From: a virus
Lineage: Duplodnaviria > Caudoviricetes
Virus record (IMG/VR): IMGVR_UViG_3300037067_011169
Coordinates: 1-64,000 of that record
DNA length: 64,000 nt
Reading direction: 5' to 3' (one strand)
A program made the position numbers and the translations under genes. The notes below the pieces were generated by a model, which had not been told where the DNA came from, did not search any database, and saw only the letters and a program-made list of their open reading frames with translations. Within the stretch, counting starts at the first letter, position 1. Each line of letters opens with the position of its first letter. This document shows, one piece after another, positions 34,395 through 44,167 of this stretch.

Positions 34395-35058
34395 TGAGCG
34401 CCTCCCATCTCGTCTTGAACCTATCAAAAACAGCATTCCGGGCTTTGAGAATGTTCAGCCTGTGCATTCCCAACATGTTCCCGATCTCTGTATCCGTGTA
34501 ACCTTCCAGGTACATGCCGATGATGGAACGATCTAAATCCCCTTCACAGGACGCAAATAGTTCCTCTCGAATCTCGATTGGCCGATGGAAGTCTCGTTCC
34601 TTCAGCCGCGAGAACGCAGTCTTCTGAGTTTTGGGCCCAACGAAGCAGGGCTTGTCGATTGGCTTTTTGGCTTCTCGCGCTTTCTGCTGTGTTCGCTGAG
34701 GTATCTTGATGGTTGATTCCTCGTCCGCATCCTTCGTCATTGCCTGGTCGATGACCGTGTAGATATACCCTGTAGGGTTCACCTTCTCTGCATCCTTGGA
34801 GTCCTGCATACTCGTGACTGCTTCACACAGGCCACCGAGGGCTGCCGAGATGAGGTCCTCTCGGTAGTGAGACATGTTAGGACATTTGCGCAAGTAGGCA
34901 TTGACTCGGATGATGACGAGTCCCATGTTGCCTTCGATCATTCGCTGCCTGGCGCTGCCATCTCCATGGATCAATTGTTGGTATAGTTGGTAGTTTTCCT
35001 CTCTCGTCAATGATTTTGCGCATCCCGCTGCCTTACACCGTTCCAACAGATTCGTCAT
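34387..35058 (-). CDS. phage sigma-70-family factor
   Basis: region 2 MIEGNMGLV...EDLISAALGGLCEAV; region 4 HTH GYTDTEIGNMLG. Confidence 0.8.
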   Translation of the reverse strand: MTNLLERCKAAGCAKSLTREENYQLYQQLIHGDGSARQRMIEGNMGLVIIRVNAYLRKCPNMSHYREDLISAALGGLCEAVTSMQDSKDAEKVNPTGYIYTVIDQAMTKDADEESTIKIPQRTQQKAREAKKPIDKPCFVGPKTQKTAFSRLKERDFHRPIEIREELFASCEGDLDRSIIGMYLEGYTDTEIGNMLGMHRLNILKARNAVFDRFKTRWEALSD

Positions 35059-35561
35059 GCTTGCAACTCATCCACTCTCCAAAGCAAGTAAGTCCCTAAT
35101 CCCCTTTCCTCGCAGGCTTCTCTTGAGTAAGTGAAGACCTCTCCATCAGGATCGAAGATTGTACCGTGATCGTAGCCGACCATGTGCCCCGTTGTCAGTC
35201 CACTGCATTCAATGACTCCACGACTCCTTTGAATCTGGTCAATGAAGTGCTTCCAATTTGCCTCCCGTGATCTCATTTCATAGACGTGACCACAGCCCGA
35301 GTCGATCACTGGCCGTAACGGGACTGGCGTCACCGTTATCCCATAATTGAGGCCAAAGTCGATGAAGTCATAGATATTGTGCCCCCGACGATTCCGGGGC
35401 TCGTCCAGTTTAGGGAAAATGATCTCGCTGCCATCATGTCCAACCATAGCAATGAAGTCGAGCACTGGAATATCAAGCACCATGGCGAATGCCGTGGCAG
35501 CGCACATCCAACGTTCAGGTTTCACTTGCAAGATCATCATCGAGTTCCTTTTCCAACTCAT
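35055..35561 (-). CDS. papain-fold (C39-like) protein
   Basis: WMCAATAFAMVL, GHMVGYD, IFDP. Confidence 0.5.
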   Translation of the reverse strand: MSWKRNSMMILQVKPERWMCAATAFAMVLDIPVLDFIAMVGHDGSEIIFPKLDEPRNRRGHNIYDFIDFGLNYGITVTPVPLRPVIDSGCGHVYEMRSREANWKHFIDQIQRSRGVIECSGLTTGHMVGYDHGTIFDPDGEVFTYSREACEERGLGTYLLWRVDELQA

Positions 35562-35928
35562 CCAATAATGTGTCCATGTCGGGAATGTTGCCCCAGGAAG
35601 GCTTCCAGAACTGCCTCCAATTCGGCGGCTGAAACAGTTTGTCGTATTCCTCTTGGGTCGCCGCCGTCAGAATCCAAATTCCGCAGTGGTAACGCTCCCA
35701 GATGGGCCATTTACGCTTCTGTTCTTTGGTGAAGTTGTAACGACCGGGATTCTTCACATCTATCCAACGCTCGCCCCAATGAGGATGGTGGCAATACAAG
35801 TCTGGGATGCCATACTGAAAGGCATTGCCAATCATCCGCTCCACCAACCAGCCCCTATCACGCAAAAATCTTCGCAGGTCCTCTTGGATGTACCATTCAG
35901 GTCCGTGCTTTCGTCTGCCTAATTTCAT
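35515..35928 (-). CDS. VRR-NUC-like nuclease
   Basis: GIPDLY, WIDVK, FTKEQKRKW. Confidence 0.7.
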   Translation of the reverse strand: MKLGRRKHGPEWYIQEDLRRFLRDRGWLVERMIGNAFQYGIPDLYCHHPHWGERWIDVKNPGRYNFTKEQKRKWPIWERYHCGIWILTAATQEEYDKLFQPPNWRQFWKPSWGNIPDMDTLLDELEKELDDDLASET

Positions 35929-36295
35929 CCACGATCGCCTTCCATATCTCGTAACAGACTCTCTGGTACCATGGTCGGATGAGCGGATCGAGAATGCGAC
36001 CATTCATCCAAATCACGTCTTTGGTTTCCTTGCCATCGAGCACTTTTACCCTCTGGATTCTGGTTGCCGTTTTCATGCGCCGATAGAGAATCCTCGATTG
36101 AATCAGAGCTTTCTTCAGTGCCTTCTTCTCTGCTGGCCGAAGGTTCTTGATTACTCCCACTTCGATTCGAGGCCATGGAAAATACCAACGCCGCCAAACC
36201 TTAGCCACTGACCACACGTAATCAGGTGTGAACGTGATAGCTGTCTCGTAGCCACTGTAGGCATCCTGATAGGTTTGGACTTTGAAGACGATCAT
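35897..36295 (-). CDS. hypothetical basic protein
   Basis: overlap-coupled ORF. Confidence 0.55.
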   Translation of the reverse strand: MIVFKVQTYQDAYSGYETAITFTPDYVWSVAKVWRRWYFPWPRIEVGVIKNLRPAEKKALKKALIQSRILYRRMKTATRIQRVKVLDGKETKDVIWMNGRILDPLIRPWYQRVCYEIWKAIVDEIRQTKART

Positions 36296-36495
36296 AGGAC
36301 TATCCAGATCGGGACCCAGTGTCCATCACTCCAGAGTTCTGTTCTCGTGTACCTCACTACATCAATTGGCGTGCAATCAACCGGCTCATTCGGGCAATAA
36401 CTAATTGGCCGTCTTAGACCTCGAAGACAATCAAACCAAGGACTGTCCGCCACTATGTCTTTGCCGTGGTTTGGCCCGCCGATGCACAACATCAC
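36292..36495 (-). CDS. hypothetical protein
   Basis: LCIGGPNHGK; overlap-coupled. Confidence 0.55.
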   Translation of the reverse strand: MMLCIGGPNHGKDIVADSPWFDCLRGLRRPISYCPNEPVDCTPIDVVRYTRTELWSDGHWVPIWIVL

Positions 36496-39029
36496 ATCAT
36501 CTCCGGGGCCCGGACCTTGACCTTATTGGGGCCATTCTTCTTCTCTGCCCAATTGGCCATTCGTTCAAACCAAGTCATCCCGATCAACGGAACATACTTT
36601 CGATACGACTCCACGATGGTTCTCACGACTTGCCTGACCTGATCCACCATGGTTGGATGTGTCGAGCACATCAGTTCATCATGGACGTTCATTGGGCCAA
36701 CCAGGAATTCATGGACTCCCGCCGGCTGCAAGTTCCATATCCCTCGTTGAAGGGCCTTCGTAATCTGACTGCCGGGAGACTGAATTTCGTGATTGGCTGC
36801 GGCTCTCATGTTAGCCGCTTGAATTTGGAATGCCGCCGCATACAAGGCACTGGTTACAGCACCACCAGCCGTTTGAATCCGATCTCGACGGGTAACCTTG
36901 ATCTTCGCGTCCCGCCAGTTCTTCGGCGGCTTCCGCGCCAGGTCAAATAGGGCTCGACAAATCTTGTTCTCTAGGGTGAAATACCGGCGGAACCCCAGGA
37001 AGCTCTCAACGTATTCAGCCGGTTCATGCCAGACGACTTTCGACCCAATGCCAGCAGGCTGAACCATCGAACAGAATTTCCGGTGAATTCGCTCTCGGGC
37101 TTTGCCAATCCCTTTGTATTTTTCAGCCCACTGGGTATCGGCCTTCTTCGCTCGTTCCTCACTGATACTCAAATTGCGCATCAGCGTTCGCCAATTGCCG
37201 CCGTAAATCTCCGCGAAGACTCCGCTCTTGCCCTTGTTGTACTTGGTCTTGTCCGCGATGACTTCCTCATAGGCACAGTCAAAGAGGATCATTGCAAACA
37301 GGGCATGGACTTTCTTCGTTGTGATTCCCGTGCCTTCGCAGTCGTCACAGTCTGGTTTCTTGCCGCCACACTTGCACGGAGCCTTGGTGATTAGGGTTCG
37401 CCGCAATTCTGGGTCGTTGTAGACAGCGTCTGCAATTGTTACCTCAAAACTGTCGAAGTCGCCGCCGCATAGCAAATAGCCGGACCAAGCAAGAGGGAAC
37501 AGTGCGCGGACCACGTCCGAGTTTCTAATCCCTTGTGCGTTCAATCCGTCGCCACCTGACATTCGATTGGACAGCGTGCCAACGACGTTGAAGGAGGCAT
37601 GGAACTTTCCAGCAAACAACAACTTGTCGAATAACTCTCGCTCCTTCGCAGCGTGCTTGATCGCCAGCAATTCTCTTGCACGGATGGCTGCTGGATGTTC
37701 CTGACCCGCAACCAGACGCCCTTTTCCTCCGCACCGCTGGCATACTCCCTTGGGCAATTGTCCAGTGCCGCCGCATTTCATGCAGTGCTCGGGGTCCTTG
37801 ATCCGTTCCCAGGTCTCGATCGAAATCAGATCGCCGTCTTCATCTTCCTCAAGTTCCTCAAGCAACTGCTGAGATGTCTTGATCTTGAAGTCACGAACAA
37901 CTTCAAGGTTTTGCTTCTTCGTTGATTCCTGGATATTAGTCAGGCTCTCCACATCATCCATGACTTCCAGCATGTACTTACGCACTTCCGCCGGCTTGTT
38001 GATGTTGACTGGACTCGAATCGACTATCGCCTGAGCCTTGGCTCGGAGTTCCTTCATACCCTCAATGTCGATCGTGAAGCCTCTCCATCGGATGACAGCC
38101 ACCATGCAAGCCAAGATGGAGTCATCATCATTGGGCTCTGGGCAGCCAAAATGCTTATCCAGCGCCCTTGTATAAACAATGTCGTCAGTCGCGTAATCTC
38201 TTGCATCCGGCCTTGTGGACCAGTGGTCGATGAAGTGATGGATAACGGCTGGCCAGGCATAGCCAACCAACTTGTCCTTGCCGTCGGCCGCCTTCCATAC
38301 CTGCCAATGGCGGTCTGGGTTGCTCACTGCTAGAGCGGTTGGGGCGTATCCGTACTCAAATGGCCTCCATCTGGGATCAGGTTCCACGTCCTTATAGTGG
38401 TACTTGGGCTTCAGTCCCAAAGCATGTTCAGCAAGAAACTTCAAGCCGCCGGCCGGATTGAACCGAAGCACGACATCCTTGAAGTCCTCATCTACCAATC
38501 CATCTCTCGTATGCCTGTCGAATACGTGCCACTTCGGTGCGTCCTTATCCGCACTCCTAGCAAAATAGATCGAATCCAGTTCGATCCGTGATTCCAACTC
38601 CTGAGCCAACGCATACGCCAGGACCGTTGGGACCTTGCGGATGCGAATGTCTTCTCGCGCCATGAGACTCTGGTAGGGTCCCTTTCGAGAATGCAGAAGC
38701 AAATCCAAGGCTCCCGCCGGCTTCACGCACGGGCCCTCTTGTCCCTTGGGCTCTAGTAGGGCAATCTCCTCTATGTGTTCACAGGGAATCCAGCCGGGAT
38801 CACACAGTCTGAATGTGGTATAGCACTTTGCCAGATGGAACCAATCAAACGCCAGATTGAAGCCAACGACGGTGCCCTCGCACAGCCACTCAATTAGCGC
38901 CAATGTCTCTCTGACAGGACGCTTCCAGACTTCATGAAGAACAATGGGACCATCTTCGACTGCATACTGAATCAATACGACTTGCGAATGAAGACCACAC
39001 GTCTCCGTATCAATGTAGACTTTCTTCAT
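36492..39029 (-). CDS. polA: family A DNA polymerase with 3'-5' exonuclease
   Basis: IDTETCGL, GFNLAFD, YATDD; GTLSNRMSG; motif A GDFDSFE; motif B KSGVFAEIYG; motif C VHDEL. Confidence 0.95.
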   Translation of the reverse strand: MKKVYIDTETCGLHSQVVLIQYAVEDGPIVLHEVWKRPVRETLALIEWLCEGTVVGFNLAFDWFHLAKCYTTFRLCDPGWIPCEHIEEIALLEPKGQEGPCVKPAGALDLLLHSRKGPYQSLMAREDIRIRKVPTVLAYALAQELESRIELDSIYFARSADKDAPKWHVFDRHTRDGLVDEDFKDVVLRFNPAGGLKFLAEHALGLKPKYHYKDVEPDPRWRPFEYGYAPTALAVSNPDRHWQVWKAADGKDKLVGYAWPAVIHHFIDHWSTRPDARDYATDDIVYTRALDKHFGCPEPNDDDSILACMVAVIRWRGFTIDIEGMKELRAKAQAIVDSSPVNINKPAEVRKYMLEVMDDVESLTNIQESTKKQNLEVVRDFKIKTSQQLLEELEEDEDGDLISIETWERIKDPEHCMKCGGTGQLPKGVCQRCGGKGRLVAGQEHPAAIRARELLAIKHAAKERELFDKLLFAGKFHASFNVVGTLSNRMSGGDGLNAQGIRNSDVVRALFPLAWSGYLLCGGDFDSFEVTIADAVYNDPELRRTLITKAPCKCGGKKPDCDDCEGTGITTKKVHALFAMILFDCAYEEVIADKTKYNKGKSGVFAEIYGGNWRTLMRNLSISEERAKKADTQWAEKYKGIGKARERIHRKFCSMVQPAGIGSKVVWHEPAEYVESFLGFRRYFTLENKICRALFDLARKPPKNWRDAKIKVTRRDRIQTAGGAVTSALYAAAFQIQAANMRAAANHEIQSPGSQITKALQRGIWNLQPAGVHEFLVGPMNVHDELMCSTHPTMVDQVRQVVRTIVESYRKYVPLIGMTWFERMANWAEKKNGPNKVKVRAPEMM

Positions 39030-39424
39030 TTCACCGAAGGCTTAGGTGTAAAAATCTTGTAGCCGTCCTCGTCGTACCGTAGATCACCATAGTACCGCTC
39101 ATCCAAGGCTGTCATCTTCTCTTCCTCTTCGAGGCTGTACCGTTCGAGTCGCTCCTGGGCATCCCAGGCTCTCAAGGCATCACGCATCGTATCGAACAAC
39201 CCAAGATGGGTCCCGAGGAAGTAGCACTCGAACTGATCTGCCACTTGAGTGACGCCCTGCCCAAAGGGAATCAATCGATGACATCTGGGCGCAGGAACCC
39301 TAGTCCCGGCTCGCAAGGCTTCCCGGATATCATCAATCTCCTCTTGCTCTAACCTGTATACGACCCGCCCACCGGGCAATGTGATCGGATACATGAATTC
39401 GTGTTCATAGGTGCCTAACATCAA
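39026..39424 (-). CDS. hypothetical protein
   Basis: overlap-coupled to polA. Confidence 0.6.
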   Translation of the reverse strand: MMLGTYEHEFMYPITLPGGRVVYRLEQEEIDDIREALRAGTRVPAPRCHRLIPFGQGVTQVADQFECYFLGTHLGLFDTMRDALRAWDAQERLERYSLEEEEKMTALDERYYGDLRYDEDGYKIFTPKPSVK

Positions 39425-39447
39425 ACAGACCTCACAGGTGAATAGAT

Positions 39448-39568
39448 GACGACCGACAGGACTCGAACCTGCATCACCCGCTTAAATGGCGATAACGCTG
39501 TCCAGTCGGCCCAGAGGGGCAAGAAGCGGACAGCAGTATTAGGTGCTCTGCCGTTAAGCTACGGTCGT
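39448..39568 (-). ncRNA. tRNA-scaffolded Y RNA (element C)
   Basis: ACGACCG/CGGTCGT, D and T arms; insert GCTGTCC-GCTTCTT-GCCC-CTCT-GGGC-CGACT-GGACAGC-GTTATC. Confidence 0.8.
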
Positions 39569-39630
39569 CGTGTGAACAAGAGATGGGTGATTCAAGGTCA
39601 TCAAAGGTCATCCAGGGACCATCCACTCTT

Positions 39631-39648
39631 CCTCTATACATACAACGC
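39631..39648 (-). promoter_or_regulatory. second copy of phage promoter-like motif, upstream of element C
   Basis: identical core to 21867-21881. Confidence 0.5.
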
Positions 39649-39667
39649 AAAAGATAGTGATTGTGGA

Positions 39668-40465
39668 CTACAATTTACCCATCTTTGCCAAAGAAATATC
39701 CTTGTCCAATTCCTCATCAGTGATATAACCCGCAAACCACGCCCCGAACCGTGTAGTCAGACCACCCAGGCCCTCTCCCAACAACTGGCTGATTCGTTGG
39801 TTCACTTCCTTCTTGGTTCGTCGGAAGCGAAATTTCCTTCGGAACTTCGGGGTGACAAATCGTTTCTTCCTGGTCTTCCGTGCGCCAATGAGTTCCTTCG
39901 CCGCCACGACCTGTTCTTCTGGAGACAGGGTCACAAGAATCTCGACATCCAACATCGTCAACATTCTCGCTGCTACCTGCTTCTGAATCTGCTCGGGGAG
40001 CTTGAGTAACCTAAGCCGTTGATGGACCCAGCGGGTATTCCGTTTCACCTCTTTACTGATAGTCTTCAGGCTTGCGCCCTCGGGGAAGAGTTTCTGAAGT
40101 GACTTAGCCTCCTCCAAAGGATTCAAGTCCTTCCGCTCAAGGTTCTCAGTCACGTTGAGAATCTCCGCGCCTCGATCTGTGAGACCTATTCGGATGTTCG
40201 CCCGAATTGTCTTCCACTTCAGGAAATGCTTCACGGCGTCCAATCGACGAAAGCCGGCGACCAATCGATATTTGGTGGGGAAGTCGATCTGACTATCCTC
40301 CCTGCGCTGGAGAACCACTGGGAACTCCAACCCTTCCGCCTCGATGCTCTCCGCAAGATTCCGAATCGACTCTGGTAGAAAGGTATCACGACAATTGAAT
40401 GATGGATCGACCCAGATGTCCTTTATCGGGACCTCGTATACGTCATATTCTGTCAAGCGTTCCAT
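39668..40465 (-). CDS. ParB/Spo0J-like protein
   Basis: FNCR, GLEFPV, YRLVAGFRR, ENLERKDLNPLEEA, HTH. Confidence 0.88.
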   Translation of the reverse strand: MERLTEYDVYEVPIKDIWVDPSFNCRDTFLPESIRNLAESIEAEGLEFPVVLQRREDSQIDFPTKYRLVAGFRRLDAVKHFLKWKTIRANIRIGLTDRGAEILNVTENLERKDLNPLEEAKSLQKLFPEGASLKTISKEVKRNTRWVHQRLRLLKLPEQIQKQVAARMLTMLDVEILVTLSPEEQVVAAKELIGARKTRKKRFVTPKFRRKFRFRRTKKEVNQRISQLLGEGLGGLTTRFGAWFAGYITDEELDKDISLAKMGKL

Positions 40466-40480
40466 TCAGGCTCCCTCAAA

Positions 40481-40553
40481 CTGCGTCACCTGGTCTCGAA
40501 CCAGGAACCACCGCATTAACAGTGCGGCGCTCTACCAATTGAGCTATGACGCA
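40481..40553 (-). tRNA. tRNA-Asn(GTT)
   Basis: TGCGTCA/TGACGCA, CCGCA-CTGTTAA-TGCGG, CCTGG-TTCGAGA-CCAGG. Confidence 0.92.
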
Positions 40554-40559
40554 CTGTGT

Positions 40560-40841
40560 TCATTTCACTGGAAATGGGATACAGACACACTCCTCTTCAT
40601 TGGCCTCTTGCAGGATGGCATCCAAGTCATCCATCACAGCCAGCGCTTCCCTGGTCTCGTCATCAGCCGGATCATAGGTCTCTCTGAAAATGTCGTTCTT
40701 GATGGGATACTGTTCTCCATGCACGCCGGTAATGACCCAATCACCGCCATTACCCTTCATGTCGCCTTCCAGCGTGTGGATCACGAAAGGGTTGTTCATT
40801 CGCTCTGCGGCAACTGGAATTAGTTTCTTCACGAACTTCAT
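40560..40841 (-). CDS. PGDYG-like hypothetical phage protein
   Basis: TLEG...GDWVITGVHGEQYPIKNDIFRETY. Confidence 0.7.
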   Translation of the reverse strand: MKFVKKLIPVAAERMNNPFVIHTLEGDMKGNGGDWVITGVHGEQYPIKNDIFRETYDPADDETREALAVMDDLDAILQEANEEECVCIPFPVK

Positions 40842-40844
40842 GCT

Positions 40845-42164
40845 TCATTCTCCTAAGTACAACGGACCTACTTCACGGCCCCCATCGATGATGTATCTTG
40901 ATGGGCCATCTGACTCATTCGGACTCTTCAGCTTCACCTTCATCCGCCATGTTATCCCATGCTTCGGATTCACCCCATGGAGCCACTGGCTTGGTTCCTG
41001 ATAGGCCGACAACTTGTTGTAGACGAACGAATCCGTCCCAATCCATGAGCCGTTGACCACCAATTCACCATCGACATCAGAAAGGGAACTTGCTACGTGG
41101 TGGTGCCCACAGCAGAAGTATCTGCACCGCAATGTATTGGCAGCCGCCCCCAGAGCAATCAAACCCTTCTGACGACGCACCATTCCATACCAGGGAACGC
41201 CACCATTGGACTGCGCATCATCCCCGTGACTGACGTTGAACCCAACCCCGTTGATATTGAGATTGGCGCTCCAAGCGTTTGGAATTAGGAACGACACGTT
41301 ATCCAGCGCCCGACAGTTGAGGCGGGCAACTTCCGCAACGAGATAGTCCCAGTTATCTTGGGCCCCGAGATAGTCCTTCTTTGGCGTGCGCCTACCGTGA
41401 TTGCCTGGTAGATACAGTACGTTGATCTGGTCAAACTGAGATGCCAGGTCACGATACATGAGCGCATGAAGTTGGCCGATCGCCAGACAGTTCTTGAACT
41501 GATTACGATAGTAGCTCCGTTCACATGCTCGATGAATCTCCCCGCTGCTGAAGTCGCCATAAGCGAGAATCCACAATACTGGGAAATAGAACTGCGGAGC
41601 AAGCGTGTTCTTCCAATCAATCACCGTGTCAACGTAACGCTCGGCCCGACAGCAGGATGTCAAAAAGGTATGATCCTCCAAGCCACCCACCTCTTCGGGA
41701 CGAACCACCTGGTCATGGTGACCATCCGAAAGGTGCATGACGCAGTGCTCAACGATGCAGGATTTACTCCCCTTCTTGATCTGCTTCGGCAGCGCATGAT
41801 AGGGGCGTATCCGTGTATCCATTTCACCCACGATTGCGTGAAACAAACCCTCATTCTTTGCGCTCGCCTTGTTCTTTGCCCGTTCCCTATTGCGCTCCTC
41901 AGTCAGATGGATCACTTCTGCTTCCAACTCACGAATGCGCTTATCAGTAGCATCATAGTTCTCAATGGGCTTCCGCTGTCCGCCTGGTCGTTTTGGAACA
42001 GGCTTCTTATCGGGCCATGGAATTGCCTTATGACTTCGCTCGGTCGCAATGTCGCTTATCGCTGATCGACTCACGCCATATTTCTCTGCAATCGCCCTCT
42101 GGGTCAAGGTCGTCCCAAGGTCCGCTTTGATCTTCGTTACGATATCAACGCTCAGTGTCGCCAT
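40845..42164 (-). CDS. HTH plus coiled coil plus metallophosphoesterase
   Basis: TQRAIAEKYGVSRSAIS; SDGH, GD, GNHGR, HGD, GHHH. Confidence 0.8.
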   Translation of the reverse strand: MATLSVDIVTKIKADLGTTLTQRAIAEKYGVSRSAISDIATERSHKAIPWPDKKPVPKRPGGQRKPIENYDATDKRIRELEAEVIHLTEERNRERAKNKASAKNEGLFHAIVGEMDTRIRPYHALPKQIKKGSKSCIVEHCVMHLSDGHHDQVVRPEEVGGLEDHTFLTSCCRAERYVDTVIDWKNTLAPQFYFPVLWILAYGDFSSGEIHRACERSYYRNQFKNCLAIGQLHALMYRDLASQFDQINVLYLPGNHGRRTPKKDYLGAQDNWDYLVAEVARLNCRALDNVSFLIPNAWSANLNINGVGFNVSHGDDAQSNGGVPWYGMVRRQKGLIALGAAANTLRCRYFCCGHHHVASSLSDVDGELVVNGSWIGTDSFVYNKLSAYQEPSQWLHGVNPKHGITWRMKVKLKSPNESDGPSRYIIDGGREVGPLYLGE

Positions 42165-42172
42165 GTGTTCTC

Positions 42173-44167
42173 CTACGCCACGTATTCCTCAAGAATCGTA
42201 TTGGTGTCGTCCCCATCTATGTCAAGGGAGTCTTTGAATTCGCCTAGCGTCATCAACTCCAGTCGTCTGTTCTCCTTGATTACTTCCAGCACCCGTTCGT
42301 CGGTAGGCAAATGAATCAGGTCCACAATCTCACAACCGAGATTGACATCCATCCCCTTACGGTGAATGCGGTCTTCTGACTGAGTACGATATTCCGGCTT
42401 GAAACTATTGGACCAATAGACCGCCATTCGAGACTCAGTGAGAGTAAGACTCAGACCGCCAGACTCTGGATGTGAGACGAATGCCACCCTCGCGTTTTCC
42501 ATGTCCGCCCAGAATGCCAACGCATTCTCGCCATCGTTGGTGATCGCATCGCCTTCGTGAGATGTAACCTCAAATCCACGGCCGTCACATCGCACTACAG
42601 CCCAACCTTCTCGATGGCAGATATTCACGATCCGATCAATGCTGCCCGTGAAGCCGGCGAAGATGACGATGCGTCCCGTTTCCTCGCATTCGTCAAGCAA
42701 CTTACGAAGCGCTTGCTCTTTCGGACAAGCAATCTCCCTCGTAGTTCTGACAATGTGGGCAACCTTCCCCTTGCCTTGACACCGTGGGCATTCTGTTCGG
42801 CGCTTCTCCAAACGCGCTACAAACTCCTCATCCAAGAAGTCAATCGCGCTGTAGGTGGCGTCCGGGTCCACGGGATCATACCACTCATCCACCTCGCCAC
42901 AACTATCCTGACAGTGGGGACAAGGCACCTCGCCAGATTCAACGTCCCTGTACTGAAACCCATCACTGAGTTCTCGCAACAGCGTCAGTCCGGTAATCGT
43001 ATTCGGGGCGATGTCCATAATGCTTCCAGCAGCCCGAAGTACACTGGAATGCGGTTTGCAGATAATCTTGCGATATCGTTTGTCGGGTAGTTGTAGACAA
43101 TCCTTCTTGTGCTTGATTACGACCAGACCTTTCAGCCGTTCGTACATGTAAGCAATCTCATTGATGCTGGGCTCAAAAGCATGATTGTCCTCAGAGGCCA
43201 AGCATTCATGACATGGTGCATCCTCAAACGCTCCGCACTGTTTACATCGCCGCTCGTCATCCTTCCAAGCCACTCGCCTCTGAAAACTGCCTGTGCCATA
43301 ATCCTCCATAACCAGAACGCAGCACCTTTGCTCAAGAGCTTTCCTACTTCCCTCTCTAAGGAAGCCAGGCCAAGCGATCTCACATTGACTCCACCAGTCG
43401 AGGGGTGACTTCGGAGACGGGGTACCACTCATCTCGATTACGAAGCCTTGGAAGCCATAACGTTCTCGAATCAAGTCTGCAAGCGCTTGGGCCGCGATCG
43501 ATCGTTGACTCGCATCGTTCTTCAATCGACTGGACTCATCGAAAATGACACCCTGGGGAATCTCGCTTTCCGAGGTCCACTCGGACATGCGACTCTTCAG
43601 TTCCTCATAAGTCATGAACTCAATCTGAATTGGGCCGGAGAAGTCGAATCCCCACTTCTTGAATTCCCGGCGAATGTAGGGCAAGGAAGTCTTTGGCCCT
43701 ACCCACCACCACCGTAGCACCTGGCTGTGCTCAATCACCATTTGGGCAGCGAGGGATTTCCCTGTACCCATCTCGGCTGCCCAAATTTGATAATGGAAAG
43801 TCAGACCGGAATCTGCCATCTCAAACTGATGCGCCATAGCAGCAGTGGGCACACCATTACATCGAATTTCCCCATAGTCGTAGTGCTGTATGTCTCGATC
43901 GAACCACGCATACACGTCCTCTCCCATGAGGAAGCCGAGTTGGAAACGATTGCGTGGACAATCGGAAATGCTCCAAATCTTCCTTCCATCTTCATCATCG
44001 AATCCATGCCAGTGGGAGCCTGTCATGGCCTTTATCTCATCCTTGAGACTAAACGGCGATTTCAGGAAGTAAATGCGTCCATCTGTATATTCCAGAGTAG
44101 CAGCAGACCGAATGAGTTTGCCAGATGAGGTACGAGTAGTCAGTTTGCAATTCACAATCTTAGACAT
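42173..44167 (-). CDS. SNF2-family helicase
   Basis: EMGTGKS, FDESS, MSGTP, GGLSLTL, QSEDRIHR. Confidence 0.9.
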   Translation of the reverse strand: MSKIVNCKLTTRTSSGKLIRSAATLEYTDGRIYFLKSPFSLKDEIKAMTGSHWHGFDDEDGRKIWSISDCPRNRFQLGFLMGEDVYAWFDRDIQHYDYGEIRCNGVPTAAMAHQFEMADSGLTFHYQIWAAEMGTGKSLAAQMVIEHSQVLRWWWVGPKTSLPYIRREFKKWGFDFSGPIQIEFMTYEELKSRMSEWTSESEIPQGVIFDESSRLKNDASQRSIAAQALADLIRERYGFQGFVIEMSGTPSPKSPLDWWSQCEIAWPGFLREGSRKALEQRCCVLVMEDYGTGSFQRRVAWKDDERRCKQCGAFEDAPCHECLASEDNHAFEPSINEIAYMYERLKGLVVIKHKKDCLQLPDKRYRKIICKPHSSVLRAAGSIMDIAPNTITGLTLLRELSDGFQYRDVESGEVPCPHCQDSCGEVDEWYDPVDPDATYSAIDFLDEEFVARLEKRRTECPRCQGKGKVAHIVRTTREIACPKEQALRKLLDECEETGRIVIFAGFTGSIDRIVNICHREGWAVVRCDGRGFEVTSHEGDAITNDGENALAFWADMENARVAFVSHPESGGLSLTLTESRMAVYWSNSFKPEYRTQSEDRIHRKGMDVNLGCEIVDLIHLPTDERVLEVIKENRRLELMTLGEFKDSLDIDGDDTNTILEEYVA

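Noticed and set aside
24225-39029. Inteins or introns in nrdJ and polA
   Set aside because: No splice-junction motifs or homing endonuclease; insertions are short Cys motifs
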